Positions 53,059 through 64,000 of a DNA stretch of 64,000 nt are shown here, piece by piece. Position 1 is the first letter of the stretch. Each line of letters starts with the position of its first letter. Source of the DNA: Utricularia gibba (lineage: Eukaryota > Plantae > Magnoliophyta); the NCBI GenBank assembly GCA_002189035.1, contig NEEC01000004.1, forward strand, positions 62,001 through 126,000. Direction: 5' to 3'. The notes under the pieces were generated by a model. That model was given only the letters and a program-made list of their open reading frames with translations. It was not told where the DNA came from and searched no databases. The position numbers and the translations under genes were made by a program.

Positions 53059-55488
53059 ATGGCGATCGAATATGCGCATCCCGCAGCTGCATTTGCCGTG
53101 ATTCTGTGTCTCCTCCTTACGGCTGCAGGTGCAGCTCGAGTTTTGCCGCTGCATCCCTATTTGCAGAGCCGGGAGAAGGAGAGTCTTATGGATAAAATTT
53201 ACGATACTTCAAAGTATGGGATTTTTCAAGTTGGAAATGGGCTTGCTAGAACGCCACAGATGGGGTAATTCTTTTTTTCCTTTTAACTCTGTTTCTGGAC
53301 CTTTATCGGGAGGTGTATCTCTTATGACTGAACCAGACTCGGAACGGTGTATAACCCGGCTTCGACTAACTGTAACTAAGTAGCAACTCTCTTGACCTGC
53401 TTTAGAATTGTCAATGTATTTTCTTCCGTTGGCTACGGAGGATTGATTTGTTGCATTTTGTGGAGCAGATGGAACAGTTGGAACTATTTTGCTTGCGATA
53501 TTGATGAGAAGCTCATAAGGGAAACAGGTAATGGTTTGAGTTACCCTCTCAGAGATTTGGTTTTTGAATCTCAAGTTGATAATGATGTTTGTGCTTCATC
53601 ACAGCTGATGCACTTATTTCAACTGGGTTGGCAAAATTAGGCTATGACTATGTAAACATAGGTAAGTGAACCGTCCTTCTTAGTTTCTCTATCTTTTCAT
53701 GGTTTAGTTCTGCATGATCTGAGATATTAAAGTTGTTGATACACAGATGATTGTTGGTCTCAATCAGAGCGGGATTCTAATGTACGTTTACAATAACAGA
53801 CGAATGAAGTTTAAGATTTTTGAGGTTGTAGTGGCATAACATGAAACTGGGGAAATTTGCAGGGACAACTAGTTCCTGATCCAAAGACGTTCCCATCTGG
53901 GATCAAGGCTCTTGCAGACTATGTCCATTCCAAAGGATTGAAGCTGGGTATTTACTCTGATGCAGGGTAAACACTGAATACATGGCAAAGAACGAAATTT
54001 TTTGTCTACTTTCACATTTATTTTCTCTTCTCTCTAATCGTTTACTTTTCAACAGGGCATACACATGCCAAGTTAGACCTGGCTCACTTCATCACGAGTA
54101 TGATGATGCAAAAATCTTTGCATCTTGGGTGAGTTTTTTTCTTTAGTTTTACTGTTAATATGCTAATCTCTGTTTCTTGGAATGGTCCTTAAGACTAGTC
54201 TTTTTGGCTGTGTAGGATATTGACTATTTGAAATACGACAACTGCTTCAATCTAGGCATTGATCCTGAGGAAAGGTAAGCTTTGGATGGAACCCGAGTTT
54301 CAGAATCTCGATTCGGCTCCCCTGATCAAATCGTTTTATCAGGTATCCCCCAATGCGCGATGCTCTGAATGCCACTGGCCGGACGATATTCTACTCACTC
54401 TGTGAATGGTAAAATCGGTGTAACTTCCATTACTAGTTTTCTGAAACTTCTCATGTGTTAGTTAATCTGAGTTGGGATATCACAGGGGTGTGCATGATCC
54501 TGCAAAATGGGCAGGCAAAGTTGGCAACAGTTGGAGAACCACAGATGACATCAATGACTCATGGATAAGGTTTTATTGGAAACACGAATTCATGATCCTT
54601 TTTCATCCTTGTTGATAATGGATGTGGAGCCAATGCTTTTCCTTTTACCTGTTTGCAGCATGACGCAGACAGCTGATCTCAATGACAAGTGGGCAGCCTA
54701 TGCTGGGCCAGGGGGCTGGAATGGTGAGACTCTAATCTCTTGTTTCATTATTGTAGCCATGTAATTATTCAACCTTTGTCTTGAAGATCCTGATATGCTG
54801 GAAGTGGGCAATGGCGGAATGAACCACGACGAATACAGAGCACATTTCAGTATCTGGGCTTTGATGAAGGTACAAGAAATACTTCAGTAGTAGCCTCTGG
54901 CCTTGAATGGTACACTTTTGCCTCACAGAATGGTGTCACTTCCTCGCAGTCTCCACTTTTGATCGGCTGTGACGTGAGAAACATGTCCCCAGAAACATAC
55001 GGGATTCTTAGCAATGAGGAGGTTATTGCTGTCAACCAAGGCAAGCTCACTATACCTTCATCTCTGCTGCTCGCAGTTGAAGTAACATTTGAGAGCTTAT
55101 GCAGATCCACTTGGCGTTCAAGGGAGGAAGGTTTACACCTACGGACCTGATAACTCCTACCAAATATGGGCCGGTCCCCTCTCCGGCCATCGTCTCGCGG
55201 TGGTGCTCTGGAACAGAGGCCCCAAACCCGCCACCATTTCCTCCCAATGGATCAATCTCGGCCTCGAGTCGTCCACAAGCGTCTCCATCAGAGACCTGTG
55301 GAAGGTACGGGAAGAGTGCTCACCCATTCACTCATCTCTTAATCCTTTCCTAACACCCTTTCTGGTTGCAATCGCAGCATGAGTACGTCTCCACCAACAG
55401 AGTTGGTTCATTCAGTGCACGCGTTGCGGCTCACGGGTGTGAAATGTACATCTTCACTCCGTCCTCAGTGGTGAACTCCGCCATTTGA
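53059..55488 (+). CDS. AGAL3: Alpha-galactosidase, glycoside hydrolase family 27 (AGAL3-like)
   Basis: 14 in-phase exons. Motifs [64 protein letters not shown]. Stop at 55486-55488. Confidence 0.94.
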
Positions 55489-56461
55489 TTCGCTTCCCAC
55501 CGAGAACAATCAGAAGGAATAGCAGCTCCAAAAGAACTGTGTAGATTCTATATTCACCTGTGCATAATATCATTTGGGAGAGTGTTGTATTATGCCTTTT
55601 GCCTTCTGAAATGGAAGTGGAATGAAAAAAAGTTTTCAATCAGTAGAACCAGATGATGATCAGTTACAAATTTTCTTTGCAAGTACAATCCGGCCCTGGA
55701 GGTGGCCTTCAATGCCCGTGGGCTCTTTCTGGTTCAGAGGAAGAAGAAGCCCAAGGGCGTAGAATGAACCATCCAACAAGACACCATCATCATCACTTCA
55801 TAACTTAACCAGGATTAAGCCTCCAATAGTACCTTAAACAAATTTTATATCAGTATTCCCACCTTAAACGGGTTTGACCTGGTTTAAAATTAGTATTTTC
55901 AGATATATAAAAAACATATTATTATTTAAAAATAAATAAATATCACAAATTATAATAATGTTGATATTGTTTATCATTCAATTCTCAAAATTTTACGTTT
56001 TTTATTTTCGAAAGAAAATATCTAATGTAAAATTATGAAGATCTCTTTATTTAAACCCGTATCTTCATCCATTCGTAATCAATATGGATATCGTAAACCT
56101 CTTAAGTTTTAAAGACCATATATCGCAATATGATCATTTTTGCATTATGATAAAAGAATTCGTTATAAATTTATAAATAATATATATTGATGGATAAATG
56201 ATGCATGGAGAAATTCCATTCCAAAAGAAGAAGCACAATTAGTGGCTTGGACCATTTTTAGCCACATTTCTTTTCTTTTTTTTTAATTAAAAAAAGAAAA
56301 ATCCTAATTACATCATATATATGTATATAATATTACTCGTCAGTAATGAAGCCTCTGGCCTGTCCTCCTATTTTGGGTTGAAGGCCGAAGCGGGCGAGGA
56401 CCTGCCACGTCAGTAATGAAGACTCATGTATTTGCATCCCGTTGGTGAAGTGTTGAAGGGA

Positions 56462-57402
56462 TCAGAACTGGCTGCCCTCGAAGGTCTGGCCGAACTGCCA
56501 GTTCGGCGGTGCGACGTCGTAGCTCGTGAGAGTACGGCCGTCGCTAGAGGTGACTCGAAAGGACAGGGCCTGGCCGTTGAGGAACGCGTTGCTCTGCCAA
56601 TTCTGGCCCCAGTTCCGGGACAGTGGCTGCCAGCCGGACCTCGAACCTTTGATGGCCACAGCGTGGACGTCTCCGGCGCCGCCCACATTCGTCACGAGGA
56701 CCAGGTTGAAGTAGGAGTGCCCATTGATGGCGAACCTTATACCGCCCTTCTTCATGCAGGGCACCCTGAGGATATGAAGTATCAAAACCCGTTGATCACT
56801 TGGTTTATCCTCGTTATTTGTAAGTTCTAACTATTTTTCATTTCAATTGGGATGCAGGAAACAGATCTACTGAATTTCTGTTACCTTCTGAAAGAAACGG
56901 GGACGATTCCGGCTCGATATTGAGCGATCTGCAAGTAGGCGGGTTCGGCGAGGTCAAAGTGTTGGCGAGGGGGTTGCACCAGCCGCCGTTGTCGTTGGGG
57001 AGAGAGGGGTTCGGGGGGCAGAAGTTTGTGGCGGTGACGGTGATTGTTCCGGGGTTGCACCACCGTCTCTCGCCGGCGCATGTCAGCTCGTAGCAGGCGC
57101 CACAGGTGAGGCCATTGTTGAACAGAGCTGTACTCAATGCCGCCGTGTTGGTGCCGTAGCCCTGGCTGTACAGATTCCCATAGCCACATGCCCCGCCTGT
57201 TTCAAAACCCTAGTCAGAATTGGCACATCCCTGTGTCGTAAGAGTAAGAGGGAAGCATACCCATTGTGCCGGAGGCGTCGCCGCCGCCGTAGAAAGTGGC
57301 ATGAGCTGAATCCCATCCTCCATAGTCACCAAACACACCCAAAAACGAGACGCCCCAGATCATGAAAACTCCCAGAACAGCAGGAGAAGCGGAGAACCCC
57401 AT
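56462..57402 (-). CDS. Alpha-expansin (EXPA2/EXPA8-like); one-base frameshift at 56969-56973
   Basis: Exons 57402-57261, 57196-56885, 56765-56462. Motifs [45 protein letters not shown] at about 57479-57474. Confidence 0.93.
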
Positions 57403-58859
57403 TGGAAAATGCAGAAAGCCGAGTATCAGAGAGGAAGAGGAGGATGATAGAACTGAAAAGGAAGATGCGTGCATTTATACAGAAGAAAAGATTTTGAAAA
57501 TTTAGGGGAAAGCGAGAGGCCGAAACAAACCCTTTGATGTCCAAAGGACAATACGCACATGCAATTGCTGTAGCTTGGACTATCGCCTACCGATCGCTTC
57601 GACCCTACGTGCACATGCAGTTATCTGTTTTTATCACTCCCTTGGAAGTCATATTTTTTTTATTTTTTGCTGTCGGTACAAAACAAAAGTACGGTCAAAA
57701 TGTCCAGAGGCTCCTACCACCGAAACCATGATTTTGCAAGAGGATGCAAAAATCTCTCTTTGTGAAATAACAAGAATTCGCCATGCCAAGCCCAAATGTG
57801 ATTATCTTTGTTATGTTCTTACTAGGAATTAGAACAATTTAGGATCTGCTGATGCAGGGAAAGTTATATCTCTGTCTGCCTCTTGCTGCAACTCGAAGTC
57901 ACCCTCACTTTGTAAAAGACCTTCACTTCCACATGAAGGAAGCTACGGAAGAACTTGGAGGTGCCGTCAACGATTCAGAGCTGAAAATGAAGTAAGTTCT
58001 GGAATCAGGCAAACATCGCGTTGAATGCCTCTAGGAACTCAGAATTGATTTGATTGTCACAGGAAGGAGCCAGGGAAAACCAAATGCAACCCTTCTATTT
58101 ACATAACTCAATTGGGTAATCAATATGCCACGTTCTTAGGCTCGCTCATTTCACTTCACCAAGACAAATGTTAGAGAAGCTCGAAAATGAAAGTGGAACA
58201 CCCTAATCCATAAGAACACATGAGTAAGCACAATAGTTTTGGGTCTCTTTGGAACGGTTTCCACTCGTAATCGATAATCAGTTTTGTGCAAAAAACAAGC
58301 AATTTCTTCTCTAATAGGAACATAAATCTTAGTAGTGCCTGCAAAGATCTTGCTTTTATCCTTGATTTTCACAAGACTGCCCACTGCCAACCTTCCCAAT
58401 CAACCACAAAAGAAGATGGGCAATGATCCCCTAGGGCTACCGGCTCCAACTATATAGAGTTGATGCGCTGATATTAGTTTGAGGATGACCTAAATTGAAA
58501 GGGCCATAATTAGGGTTAGGTCAGATTAATTATGGAGATAGAGATTTGCAAATAATTAACATATTCACAATAAAACTTGGGTTGGATAGCCTGGTTGTTG
58601 GAATGGTATCACATGCATGTCGGGGAATTCAAAATGGCCCCCATTTGTCATTACACACTTGCACATGTAGTACCCGGTGTCACCAATTATACATATACAT
58701 ACATTCATACCACATCAATCAAATATGCTATTGCCTTGTTCTTATGCAACCGTATTTCCAGTCTCGTCAACTAATATAAAACACATACACGAGTCAATTA
58801 TTCTATTGGAATAATTATGTATACCCAAAAACTTAGATTGTTATAAAATCGTAAAATTA

Positions 58860-59430
58860 CTCGAATAGTCCTCACGGTTTACGTAAATTGTATAATGAAT
58901 TCTCCAAAACAATGTTTTCACTATTAATTTAAAATTATTTATAACTGATCTGTACTCTTTCCAAATCGGAAAAAAAAAATAGTGTTTACTATTTATAATA
59001 ATGGTAAAGTTTATCTCCAATTTAAATTTTTTTTTTTTTTCAATTCAATTTGACTGTTACCGACCGCCGCAACCGTCACCCCTCGCCAACGAGACCGGCA
59101 TGGGTGGGTGGTGCTGCTTGTGGTGGTGGATAGGTATTGGACGACGATAAAAACAAAATTAATAATAAGATCAATTTTACCAAGTTATGAAATATGTAGG
59201 ATCAAACATATCATATTTTTAAATATCAGGAATCAAATTTTAACTGATATTTAAGCATTGGAGATATAAAATGACTCAAGTAAAAATAATCGACGACTAA
59301 ATATACTTTGTATATAGAAATTTAGGAATTAAATGCATTCGATACATTAAAATATGAGGATTATTGCACCGATGAGGATTAATTATATTATTCTTATTAA
59401 ATATTTGGGATTAATGATACCAATTTTAAT
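58860..59430. mobile_element. Degenerate Mutator-like / foldback non-autonomous element with a short GC-rich core
   Basis: The right arm carries about 7 copies of a GGA(T/C)TAA-like unit; the left arm carries inverse units (atagtcct, gaattctcc). AT-rich arms surround a GC-rich core at 59060-59150. Termini and target-site duplication are not resolved. Confidence 0.35.
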
Positions 59431-61101
59431 AAATACAAGGAATGTCTCTAACTCATTATAAAATCACTACAAAGTTTTTTTTATAAGTATAGAGTTAATA
59501 TACAAGTAATTTCGTTATTAAATATAAATACTTTTAATTTGAAAAAAAAATAAAAATTTAGATGTACGTTTCATTTTATTAAAAAATATTCTTGTAAGGA
59601 CAAACTCAAAGGAATCCTATGCCATTTATTTTTAAGGAAAATAGACAAAGAAATTGAAGTCGGTGGGAGAGTGGCATAGATGTAATTTGGGATAGGTATT
59701 ACATTAGGAAGGCACCGGCAAGGGTGCCCAGTGGGGGACCCTTTCATTTCACCATCACACCACTTGCATCGGAGTGGTTCGGACTAACCAGCAACAGCAG
59801 AAGCAGCAGCAGCAGCTGCTGGTCTGTTTATTTTATTTATTTATTTACCACATGGAGGCCATGGAAGCTGGGATCCTACCAGCAGCCTCACATGGAGAAG
59901 CCACGCCCCATGCATGTGCAATTTATGGCGCCCCAACACCGCCTTTGCCTCTTCAGATTCAGGCACCCCCGCCACCGCCTTCGCTTCTCCTCCCAGACAC
60001 TCTCTGACAACAAACGTGGTTATAAAATGTTGGGTAAAACTGGCCGTCGTGTCCATCTACTTCATTATTTGATATCTTTTCTTGTGTAGATTTAGACATC
60101 AATCAACACAGTTGAAAACTGTTATAATATACGATGCTACAAAAAATAATATTAATATTAATCAAGTATATAAGAAATTATTAATAATAGGTTAGATCTA
60201 ATTTTTTTTATTGTTATCTACGTTTCTTATGTACTTGAGCTTCTTGCATGCCCTAGCTCGACCTATTGAATGATGAATTTCAACAAAAACCTCATTTCTT
60301 TGTACAGATAATGCGAATCTCATACAAAAATCAAAGAGAAACATGGTTGATTGGATATTGTTTGTCTTAATGATGCCATCACAGAAGGTAAAAATGGGCA
60401 GAGTGCAATTTTTACCGTATGTTTGGTTAGAGTGAAAAATTAAACACAAGACTGGCAGTTTTAAGCATCAGGAATAGCAATCATGATATGGGGTCTTCCG
60501 TGGGGTGAAGATGATCCTGGTTTAGAGTTTGGGTACCAGGCCCATCCGCACCACACAGGCTTAGTGAAGCCCATCGTGGGGTGTTTGAAACAGACCGGCA
60601 GAGAGCAACATGGAAGCCCAATATCCAGCCTTCCATCAAAAGGGTGGGGAGGGTGAGGTTGTCTTACTCTTATCAGCCTTTTGTGATTCACTTATCAGTT
60701 ATTGCAGTGTTTTGTTTGTGAATTGTAGTAGCTGTGAGCGTTGCAGAATGGAAAGTAATGGCAGAGTAAACCCACTACCGCGATAATTGGCCCCCAATTT
60801 GTGGTAACGAGAGCACAGTCACATCATCGGACTGGGAAAATTCCACGCAGTCCTGCGGTCCGTTCTTCATGTCCGCGTATGTCTTTCCGGTAAACATCAA
60901 AGGAGACCTCCATTTGCACGACTCAGGACCTGGTCCACACTCCGACCATCCCCGCCGTGTAGTCAAACCTCTTACTGCGGATTCAATACATTCTACGTTT
61001 CTGTAGTGAGTGCTTGGGATAGTAATATTATATATGCAGTTCACACAGACGGACGCTTGTCCAAAAAAAGAAGCAACTAGGAAGCATATGAAGGGAAACC
61101 C

Positions 61102-62185
61102 ATGGATGAAGCCCTGATATGGATGTCGCACGGGTGCGCCTACGTCAAGAAACTTGAACAAAGCCTGCCTAATCTGGTGAATCAGCCGGCCGCCCTTGCC
61201 GCCTCCTGCGACGAGATCCTCAGGGTTTTCGGCTACTGCAAGGAGAGGCTGTCGTGTCACGCGCTCGGAGATCCCCGGCATGGAGCTGGTGGAACCAACT
61301 TCACCGGAAACTCGGAGACGGTGCCGCAGCTGCGGCCACACTCTTGGGAAGTCCACTCTCGCGCAGGTGGATCGAGGAATCGAACCAGTGGGTACGGCAA
61401 TGATCAAAAAATTTCTATACTTGTTTGCTTTATTCGACTCTGAGGAACTCCTTGTCATCAGAGCGGATGGAGGTGGCCGTGTCGTTGTGACAATGCCGGC
61501 GATCACCGTGAGAAATGGCGTCGCTCCGCCAGATGACGGTTTCATATGGAGGAAGTACGGCCAGAAGGAAATCCATGGATCTGCTCACCGTAGGTACTTT
61601 TCCGTAGTCTCTGACACAAGGGTGCATCAGATGCCTTGTCTAATGTAAAGTCCTAATTTTTAATTAATATTAAATTTGTGTGTCGGTTTTTTATTTTAAA
61701 AAATAAGTTTTATGAAATGATTTTAATAAAAAATATATATTATTTTTTAAAAAAACTAAAATGGTTTCAATTTAAGCACATTTATTGGGATAATAAAATG
61801 AAAAAATTTGTCCTATCCTCAGACAGCTTTGAAAGAGTCAAAGGCAACCCATCTGTATGATTATTTCTTATTTTATTATAATTTCAGGAGTTATTACAAA
61901 TGCACCCACCAAAAACTCTACAATTGTCCAGCCAAAAAACAGGTCCAACGTGTGGACGGTGATCCTTCCACCCTTTGCGTTACTTACATTGGGGCCCACA
62001 CATGCCACCTGGACTCCGTCGCCGGGCAGTCCGCTCCGGTGGGCCTGGATCATGAAGCCGCGTCTTCGGTCGGATGCAGCGCCGCCGTTGCTCCCTTTAA
62101 CGATGATGGGCTCCCCGTGGCGTACACAATGATCAGCTCCGGCATCAATGGCATGGACTCCATTTTCCCTCCCAGGGGTTTTTAG
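61102..62185 (+). CDS. WRKY55: Group III WRKY transcription factor (WRKY55-like); one-base frameshift at 61273-61276
   Basis: Exons 61102-61366, 61462-61593, 61888-62185. N-terminus LEQSLPNLVNQP..L..SCDEI.RVF, PPDDGFIWRKYGQK, C2HC finger CTHQKLYNC...HTC. Confidence 0.85.
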
Positions 62186-62453
62186 TGTAAATTTGTGCGA
62201 GCGCAAGCTTTTTAGTCTATGAAACGTGTATTTTTGTTCCACTTTTATTTACTGATAAAATAAATGATTTTCGATTAAATAATATGTTTGTTATTTCTTT
62301 ATTTAATGATATAGTAGGTTGGAATCTCGAGTGGGCCGCATTTATGGGCTATAATCGCGTGTTGGGCTACTTGATTTTGGGCTTATGGGCCCATTTTACG
62401 TTAGGTGTCTTCGCGAGTACCTCCATTGATTTCTCTCCGACGAGACGCAGGAG

Positions 62454-64000
62454 ATGATTTCTCTGGCGCCTCATCCTCTACTGCACTACACAAGAACCGC
62501 TGCGGCTTCGGCGGCCGCCCGTAGAATTCTTGCTTCTGCGGCCTATGCGTCAAGCGTTGAAGTCCCTCTCTCCGTTTTGCACTCTTCATTGAGAAAGTCC
62601 GTCTGCGCAATGTCTCCAAATCCATCAAATGTTTATAATATTGCTAATTCGGCTGGGGTTTCGGCGGATTTTCAAGAACGTAATTGCTGTTATCTCACAA
62701 GGAACTCTTTTCTGAGTGGCGCTGATGAAGGAGTTGGCGAAGGCGGGGAGTGTTCTCTCGTGGTTGTCTCTTTTTATAAATTCGCTGATTTCCCCACTGT
62801 GCTGATATGCGAAAGCCGCTGAAGGACCTCTGTGAGAAGATGGTAGCTTTGGGTTTTTTTTTTTTTTTGTTTTGTTTTGATTCTTGTTCTGTTAGCTTTG
62901 GGTTGAACATTGGGTGGTGTAGACACATTTTGAACTTATTCATTGTTAGTCCGAAATTGGAATTATGTGCATCTCTAAGCTGATGCCCTCAGCTTGTTTC
63001 AGGAGGTATTATCCTTGCTCCAGAAGGAATCAATGGAAGCATATGTGGAACCCGGGATTCAGTCGAGTGCGTGCTTGCCTTCATCCAATCCGATGAGCGT
63101 CTTAATGGCCTTAGGCTTATTGAGTCGCCAGTTAGTCCGGAAGAAGAAGCTATTCACCACGGGCATATGAATAGCTCTCCTCTAGCTGCAGGCGAAGATG
63201 CCCCGTTTAGGTGGGATCATGTGAGGGTTAAGCTGAAAAAGGAGGTACTTTACTTCGACCCAAAAGATAACCGTTCAGATTTGCTGATGATTGATGCCAG
63301 TCTAAAATTGCTTGTAGATTGTCACACTCGGTATGCCATCCGTATCACCCATTGAGAGAGTTGGAAAGTATGTGAGCCCGAGGGAATGGAATGAATTGAT
63401 CAATGATCCAGATACAGTAAGTACATTAGCCTCGAATGAGATCTTGCATTGTTCTGTAGGATGAATCTTCTTGGATTTTCGAAGCTGATCTGAAGAATTC
63501 GTCACTCAATCTTGACAACCTAGGTTGTTATAGACGTGCGAAATGATTACGAAACTAGGATTGGGAAGTTCAAACGGGCTATTGATCCTTGCACTAGAGC
63601 ATTCAGAGAGTTCCCATCCTGGGTGGATGAACATTTCAAAGTAGATGAGGCTGAAAATCATGCATCTTCACTCTCAAGCGCCGAAGAAAAAGCTCATGAT
63701 ATGGAATCCAAGGTGCCCCGAGTGGCCATGTACTGTACTGGTGGAATCCGCTGCGAAAAAGCTTCAAGCTTTCTCCTAAGCAAGGGTTTCAAAGAGGTAC
63801 GATCTTTGGAAAACTGAACAGGGTTTTTACGGGATGCAAAATGAGATGAGAATACTCTCTGCCCACTCAGGTTTACCATCTACAAGGTGGAATCTTGAAG
63901 TACCTCGAAGAAGTTCCGGAGAAGGAGAGCCTGTGGGAGGGTGAATGTTTTGTGTTTGATAAACGAGTGTCAGTCGACCATGGCCTGGAGCAGGGGACCT
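62454..64000 (+). CDS. STR7: Rhodanese-domain protein of the YceA/TrhO tRNA-U34 hydroxylase type (STR7-like), probably plastid-targeted; one-base frameshift at 62792-62795; 3' end outside the window
   Basis: Transit-like N-terminus; motifs [68 protein letters not shown]. Confidence 0.9.

Noticed and set aside
55850-56110. hAT-like MITE (cgggt/acccg motifs) between AGAL3 and the expansin
   Set aside because: No terminal inverted repeats or target-site duplication could be defined.
59892-59920. miR164-like TGGAGAAGC
   Set aside because: The match ends after 9 nt and no 21-nt duplex forms.
60775-61545. 256-aa minus-strand ORF
   Set aside because: Mostly the antisense shadow of GC-rich WRKY55 exons running through intron and promoter; no recognisable domain.

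Overview
Gene-dense nuclear DNA from a flowering plant (eudicot), with no prokaryotic features. I can build 20 spliced protein-coding genes in 64 kb, mostly with 65-110 nt introns. In order: DPH6 (5'-truncated), RABA2, an uncharacterised plant protein, a UGT709-like glucosyltransferase, SKIP, YAK1, TOZ/UTP13, ITPK1, RPAP2, an aldo-keto reductase, a WS/DGAT, GDPD, a DHHC acyltransferase, a PLAC8 protein, AVT6, a class III peroxidase, AGAL3, an alpha-expansin, WRKY55 and STR7 (3'-truncated). This compaction suggests a miniature genome such as Lentibulariaceae, but that is inference only. Six conserved genes each carry a one-base frameshift sitting in a short homopolymer, most likely consensus-sequencing error. 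Other notable points: a U12-type minor intron in YAK1, two GC-AG introns, a 177-bp TOZ/ITPK1 divergent promoter, a UGT lacking the catalytic His, and exon-like transit-peptide relics upstream of the UGT. There is also a candidate unannotated gene at about 38.2-39.0 kb, a pair of diverged AT-rich direct repeats, and several unexplained GC-rich islands. I did not find a clearly novel multi-gene system. Family assignments come from motif recognition and memory, not from database searches.
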